DNA of 20,000 bases from an uncultured virus (IMG/VR IMGVR_UViG_3300037516_001099). Its lineage: Duplodnaviria > Heunggongvirae > Uroviricota > Caudoviricetes. A program made the position numbers and the translations under genes. Positions 16,016-20,000 of the stretch are shown piece by piece. The notes under the pieces are model-generated. The model did not search any database and had not been told where the DNA came from. It saw nothing but the letters and a program-made list of their open reading frames with translations. Where the stretch lies: IMG/VR virus record IMGVR_UViG_3300037516_001099; one strand, written 5' to 3'. Numbering within the stretch: position 1 is the stretch's first letter; every line of letters starts with the position of its first letter.

Positions 16016-16357
16016 ATGAAAAAAGTATCTATTACAGTTCTTGAAGAGTGCGCAGAGTTGCAACTCAAAAAATCGAATGATTATCAGAATCCTCATAGTA
16101 GGATTCGTCAAGCAGACTATTATCCTCGCGGCGCAGCAAGTATACTTGATATTATACATGCAAAGGTACTTCGTATGCAAAGTGTGCTTGAAGCTATGGA
16201 AAATGATCCAAACTATGTCCCAAACTTTGAGAGTATTGAAGACAGCGGAAAAGATTTGATCAATTACGGCAGCTTCCTTGTTGCATGGTGTCGCGAAGGA
16301 ATTGAAGGTCAAGATAGCACACGCGACTTTTTGAATCGTAAACGTTTCGAATCATAA
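16016..16357 (+). CDS. DUF1599 / nucleotide-modification-associated domain 1 (Nmad1)-like, all-alpha protein
   Basis: KKSNDY, K..R and ESIEDS..DLINY motifs. Confidence 0.8.
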   Translation: MKKVSITVLEECAELQLKKSNDYQNPHSRIRQADYYPRGAASILDIIHAKVLRMQSVLEAMENDPNYVPNFESIEDSGKDLINYGSFLVAWCREGIEGQDSTRDFLNRKRFES

Positions 16358-16358
16358 T

Positions 16359-17387
16359 ATGAGAATCTTAATTACTGGATGTAACAAGGCACAGTGCACA
16401 TATGACTTTTATCTACAACAACAATTGCAGGTTGCAATGTGTCAATATGGACTACCACGCATCCTTCGAGACATGGGACATATTGTTGATATGCGTCCGA
16501 CAGTTATTGGTGAAAGCTTAGACGAGTATGACGAAGTGTTTGTATTCCTACATAACCCAGCTGGATTTGCTGGATATGTATACAATGCACTATGGGCAAT
16601 TTCACGCAAGCCAAACTGTATCTTTGCATTTGATGACTGGCAAACAGAAAGTATCTTTACTGGAATTACGTCACTTAGCGACCCAGCCAAGTTGTTTAGA
16701 AAATTTGTTGTAGACAGTCACACACATATTCCAGACAACATTGAGTCATATACAGACACATTTATTCAAGCTATTGAAAAAATCAAAAGTAAGTCTAATA
16801 GAATGTGTATGCCCGCTTTTGCTGGAGGAGACTTGAGTTTGCTATTAGACTGGCCAAATGATTTGTTATTTGGATACAACCCAAATCCGTATCACCTCAA
16901 TCGTCAAGCAACTCCAGCCCTTTTCCCAGATCCGAAACAGCGAGTATTTAATTTTGCTGGACTTATGCAGGACAAGACTAAAAAGTGGCTTGCAAAACAA
17001 GGTGTTGAATCTACTGATTGGACACTAAAGCAATATGGCTCTCGTAAAGACGGTCAAGACCGGGTCGTTGAGGGCGAAATGATGAATGTCTATGCATCTC
17101 AGTGGGGAATTCTTATGCCAGGTTATTTTCATGCTGGCTCTGGATGGTGGAGAGCTCGCCCACTACAAATTGCTGACGTAGAGTCGATTTTGATTGGTGA
17201 ACCTAAAGAAATGATGTTGTATTATCGTGACGAGTCGCTTGCAAATATTCGTGCTGCTGATATTGCGCATCTAAATGATTCCCAACTAACTGAAATTGCA
17301 CAGGCTCAACGAGAAGCGATTTACCGCATTCACCCACTAGACAAAGACGTCGCTCGTCAAGAACTAAATGTTGTGCTAAATGCATAA
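16359..17387 (+). CDS. Putative DNA glycosyltransferase, GT-B fold, divergent BGT-like
   Basis: MRILITG, LRDMGH.V, DEYDEVFVF, IFAFDDWQ and GWWRAR...ILIGE patterns parallel T4 BGT elements. Similar length; located between 42 and uvsX. Confidence 0.65.
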   Translation: MRILITGCNKAQCTYDFYLQQQLQVAMCQYGLPRILRDMGHIVDMRPTVIGESLDEYDEVFVFLHNPAGFAGYVYNALWAISRKPNCIFAFDDWQTESIFTGITSLSDPAKLFRKFVVDSHTHIPDNIESYTDTFIQAIEKIKSKSNRMCMPAFAGGDLSLLLDWPNDLLFGYNPNPYHLNRQATPALFPDPKQRVFNFAGLMQDKTKKWLAKQGVESTDWTLKQYGSRKDGQDRVVEGEMMNVYASQWGILMPGYFHAGSGWWRARPLQIADVESILIGEPKEMMLYYRDESLANIRAADIAHLNDSQLTEIAQAQREAIYRIHPLDKDVARQELNVVLNA

Positions 17388-17394
17388 TTTCTTA

Positions 17395-17423
17395 TTTACT
17401 TGCTGACGCAAACAATATATAAT
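17395..17423 (+). promoter_or_regulatory. Sigma70-like promoter for uvsX operon
   Basis: TTTACT 17395-17400, 17 nt, TATAAT 17418-17423. Confidence 0.7.
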
Positions 17424-17442
17424 ATACAAAAGAAAACAAACT

Positions 17443-18519
17443 ATGTCATCTGTACTTGAAAAACTAAAAAAGAATTGCCGAATTAAAGAAGCCGACGTCC
17501 TTGCTGACAGTGACTTTTACTCTGAAAAAGACATTACGAGCACAAGCGTGCCAATGGTTAATGTTGCATTAGGTGGTAGCATTGATGGTGGACTAACAAG
17601 TGGATTGACCGTACTTGCTGGTCCATCAAAACACTTTAAGACCAGTTTTGCATTGCTTATGGCAGGCGCATACCTGAAAAAACATCCAGATGCTTGTCTT
17701 ATGTTTTATGATAGCGAATTTGGATCACCTCAACAATATTTTGAAAGCTTTGGCATTGATACCAAACGAGTGTTGCATATTCCAATTAAAAACATTGAAG
17801 AACTCAAGTTTGATATTGTAAATCAGCTTGAGCAGATGGACCGCAAGGACAAGGTAATTATTGTTATTGACAGTGTTGGCAACCTTGCATCCAAAAAGGA
17901 ATTGGAAGATGCAATGAATGAAAAGAGCGTGGCTGATATGACTCGTGCTAAAGCTCTTAAGGGATTGTTCCGTATGGTAACGCCATACCTTACAATGAAA
18001 AACATTTGCTTGCTTGCAATTAACCATACCTATCAGACTCAGGAAATGTTTAGCAAAGCTGTTGTGAGTGGCGGAACTGGAATTATGTATAGTGCCGACA
18101 ACGTTTGGATTATTGGTCGCCAACAAGATAAAGACGGAACCGAGATTCAAGGCTATCACTTTATTATTAACGTTGAAAAGTCTCGATTTGTTAAAGAAAA
18201 AAGTAAGATTCCAATTAGTGTGTCATGGGAAGGCGGTGTCCAAAAATGGAGTGGTCTTCTTGATATTGCTATTGAAGGAGGGTTTGTAATTAAGCCTAAA
18301 AACGGCTGGTATGTTGCGTATGATCCAGCAACAAAAACTGAATTGTCGGGAAATACACGAGCAGCACAAACAATGACAAAGGAATTTTGGGAAACTGTCT
18401 TTACTAAAACAGCATTTGCGGCACACATTAAGAAAAAATATACGATTGGGTTGAGAGAGATGATTAGCGATGATGCTAGTGTCAAAGAAGAGGTTAGCGA
18501 AGTTGGCGAAACTGAATAA
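17443..18519 (+). CDS. uvsX: UvsX RecA-like recombinase
   Basis: Walker A AGPSKHFKT, YDSEFG, IDSVGNLAS, DMTRAK, NHTY, SGGTG and KSRFVKEKSKIP. Confidence 0.97.
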   Translation: MSSVLEKLKKNCRIKEADVLADSDFYSEKDITSTSVPMVNVALGGSIDGGLTSGLTVLAGPSKHFKTSFALLMAGAYLKKHPDACLMFYDSEFGSPQQYFESFGIDTKRVLHIPIKNIEELKFDIVNQLEQMDRKDKVIIVIDSVGNLASKKELEDAMNEKSVADMTRAKALKGLFRMVTPYLTMKNICLLAINHTYQTQEMFSKAVVSGGTGIMYSADNVWIIGRQQDKDGTEIQGYHFIINVEKSRFVKEKSKIPISVSWEGGVQKWSGLLDIAIEGGFVIKPKNGWYVAYDPATKTELSGNTRAAQTMTKEFWETVFTKTAFAAHIKKKYTIGLREMISDDASVKEEVSEVGETE

Positions 18520-18520
18520 T

Positions 18521-19120
18521 ATGAAAACGCTAGCCGACTATATACTCCTATTGAGGGGCGCAATGCCCCTTGATATGTGTCAGGCTTTGATCTCTCGATA
18601 TGATTCAATATCAGAAAATGACCCACTAAAGGTGCGTCGTAAAAATAAGATTCTGGATTTTGACGAGATTAATATGCTCGACCACCCAGGCTTTGAAGAA
18701 TTTCGAGGTCCAATGGGGAAGCTAATGTCTGCGGTAAATAATCATTACTTGGAAAAGACATGTAATATACTACGTGATCGTCTGCCGTGTTATGAACCAT
18801 TAAAGGATTATGAAGCCCCTCGTATAAAACGATACGAACCTGGAACTGGTATATTTGATTGGCATACCGATCACTGCGACGTCCCGTCAAGTAAACGCGC
18901 GATCGTAATGTTTTGGTACCTCAATGACGTAGCCGAGGGCGGCGAGACGCTATTTGATATTGGCACTGAGATTGCTATAAAGCCAGAAGCCGGAAACGTA
19001 TTATGTTTTCCACCATACTATATGTATCCACACAAAGGAGCAACTCCAATCTCTAACCCTAAATATGTAATTTCATCATACGTTTGGTTGCCACAGAAGT
19101 ATGGAAATTCATGTGACTAA
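18521..19120 (+). CDS. 2OG-Fe(II) oxygenase, prolyl-4-hydroxylase-like
   Basis: WHTD (HxD), YLND..EGGET.F, FP...YPHKG and KY; start at 18521 by TAA-T-ATG. Confidence 0.9.
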   Translation: MKTLADYILLLRGAMPLDMCQALISRYDSISENDPLKVRRKNKILDFDEINMLDHPGFEEFRGPMGKLMSAVNNHYLEKTCNILRDRLPCYEPLKDYEAPRIKRYEPGTGIFDWHTDHCDVPSSKRAIVMFWYLNDVAEGGETLFDIGTEIAIKPEAGNVLCFPPYYMYPHKGATPISNPKYVISSYVWLPQKYGNSCD

Positions 19121-19427
19121 ATTTATGCCAAGCGAAATAACTGACTATATATTTGTAGACGACTCATCAAATGATAAGGTATATGGGATACGACTCGTTA
19201 GCGGGCCGTATGTCGGCACAATATACAAGTATGCAAAAATAAAACTAAATGAGGACCCGCAAAAAGACGTGTGTACATTATCGTATGCATATAATATAAT
19301 ATCTACAGCAGAGACACACTGCAAAGAATCTTTGCACCGCGACAACGTCTTTAAAAATTATATTGGAGACGTATTGTCTGATATACTTTTAAATCAAGAA
19401 TATAAAATAGGAAAACATGGAGAATAG
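19101..19427 (+). CDS. Conserved T4-like phage protein in the gp40 position (start may be 19125)
   Basis: I.L..GPY.G.IY.Y..., L.Y.Y.II, F..YIGD.L..IL pattern; lies directly upstream of gp41. Confidence 0.7.
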   Translation: MEIHVTKFMPSEITDYIFVDDSSNDKVYGIRLVSGPYVGTIYKYAKIKLNEDPQKDVCTLSYAYNIISTAETHCKESLHRDNVFKNYIGDVLSDILLNQEYKIGKHGE

Positions 19428-20000
19428 CCTTCAAGACATCATAATTAAAAATTTAGTAAACAACGAACCATTTTGTCGTAAAACATTACCACACCTAAAA
19501 CCAGAATATTTTGAAGGACATCATAAAGCAATATATGGTCTCGTACTGCAATTTATTACAAAATATAATAAGTTACCAAACTCTTCAGCACTTGCAATCG
19601 AGTTTCAACAGTCTGAGCATGTTAATCGTGGAGACTCTGGTGCGATTGCCCATACAATTACTACACTAAATGAGAATTATTCTGTAGAGCATGAGTGGCT
19701 GCTAACGCAGACAGAAAAGTGGTGTAAAGATCGCGCAGTTCATCTTGCGATTATAGAAGCAGTTTCTATTATTGATGGTCGGTCTCCAGATCAGGCAGAA
19801 GGCGCAATTCCAAACATACTTAGCAAGGCATTAAGTGTAACATTTGATACAAATGTTGGTCATGACTATCTCGAAAATATAAATCAGCGATATGAGTTTT
19901 ATCACAAGACCGAAGATAAAATCCCATTTGATCTTGAGATGTTTAATACAATTACTGGTGGAGGCATCCCTCGTAAAACACTAAACATTATCCTTGCAGG
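19417..20000 (+). CDS. 41: Replicative DNA helicase gp41 (DnaB-like), 3' truncated; not in ORF track
   Basis: Hand-translated MENSLQDIIIKNLVNNEPFCRKTLPHLKPEYFEG...TEKWCKDRA...FDTNVGHDYL...RYEFYH...IPFDL..FN.ITGGGIPRKTLNIILA, stopping just before Walker A. Confidence 0.95.
   Translation, partial: MENSLQDIIIKNLVNNEPFCRKTLPHLKPEYFEGHHKAIYGLVLQFITKYNKLPNSSALAIEFQQSEHVNRGDSGAIAHTITTLNENYSVEHEWLLTQTEKWCKDRAVHLAIIEAVSIIDGRSPDQAEGAIPNILSKALSVTFDTNVGHDYLENINQRYEFYHKTEDKIPFDLEMFNTITGGGIPRKTLNIILA

Noticed and set aside
18521..19120. TET/JBP 5mC dioxygenase
   Set aside because: Motifs (YLND..EGGET.F, FP....H.G, KY) fit P4H-like oxygenases. hmC is already made at nucleotide level by gp42, and no C5 methyltransferase is adjacent.
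120..19345. All minus-strand ORFs and alternate-frame plus ORFs in the track (e.g. 52..366, 1410..1676, 14204..14680, 17725..18159, 18156..18626)
   Set aside because: They are shadows of well-supported + strand genes or promoters, with no motifs and no minus-strand expression signals.
17388..20000. Homing endonuclease, intron or intein (segA lies here in T4)
   Set aside because: The gap before uvsX is only 55 nt, and uvsX and the visible part of 41 are uninterrupted and of normal length.
1..20000. Stop-codon reassignment explaining the many short ORFs
   Set aside because: Core genes are full length in the standard code, and TAA, TGA and TAG all terminate genes at plausible boundaries followed by new starts.

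Overview
Fragment of a large T4-like (Tevenvirinae-type architecture) dsDNA phage genome, AT-rich, with all credible genes on the + strand. Bases ~360-15100 are an accessory, early-expressed region of about 45 small genes. Most are unknown; recognisable ones are a thioredoxin, a cyclic-phosphate-processing receiver-like protein, an FCP1/NIF-type HAD phosphatase, YopX, a metallophosphoesterase and a 3D-domain protein. The region is punctuated by repeated sigma70-like promoter blocks (T[G/T]TACA-N17-TATAAT). Bases ~15100-20000 hold core replication and DNA-modification genes in T4-like order: gp42 dCMP hydroxymethylase, a small basic peptide, a DUF1599/Nmad1-like protein, a divergent GT-B glycosyltransferase in the bgt position, uvsX, a 2OG-Fe(II) oxygenase, a gp40-position gene and gp41 helicase (truncated). 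The most interesting element is this probable hmC hypermodification cassette with non-T4 partner genes. Translation signals are unusual: no Shine-Dalgarno motifs, recurrent TAA-T-ATG coupling and several apparently leaderless promoters. Family assignments come from motif recognition and memory, not database searches.
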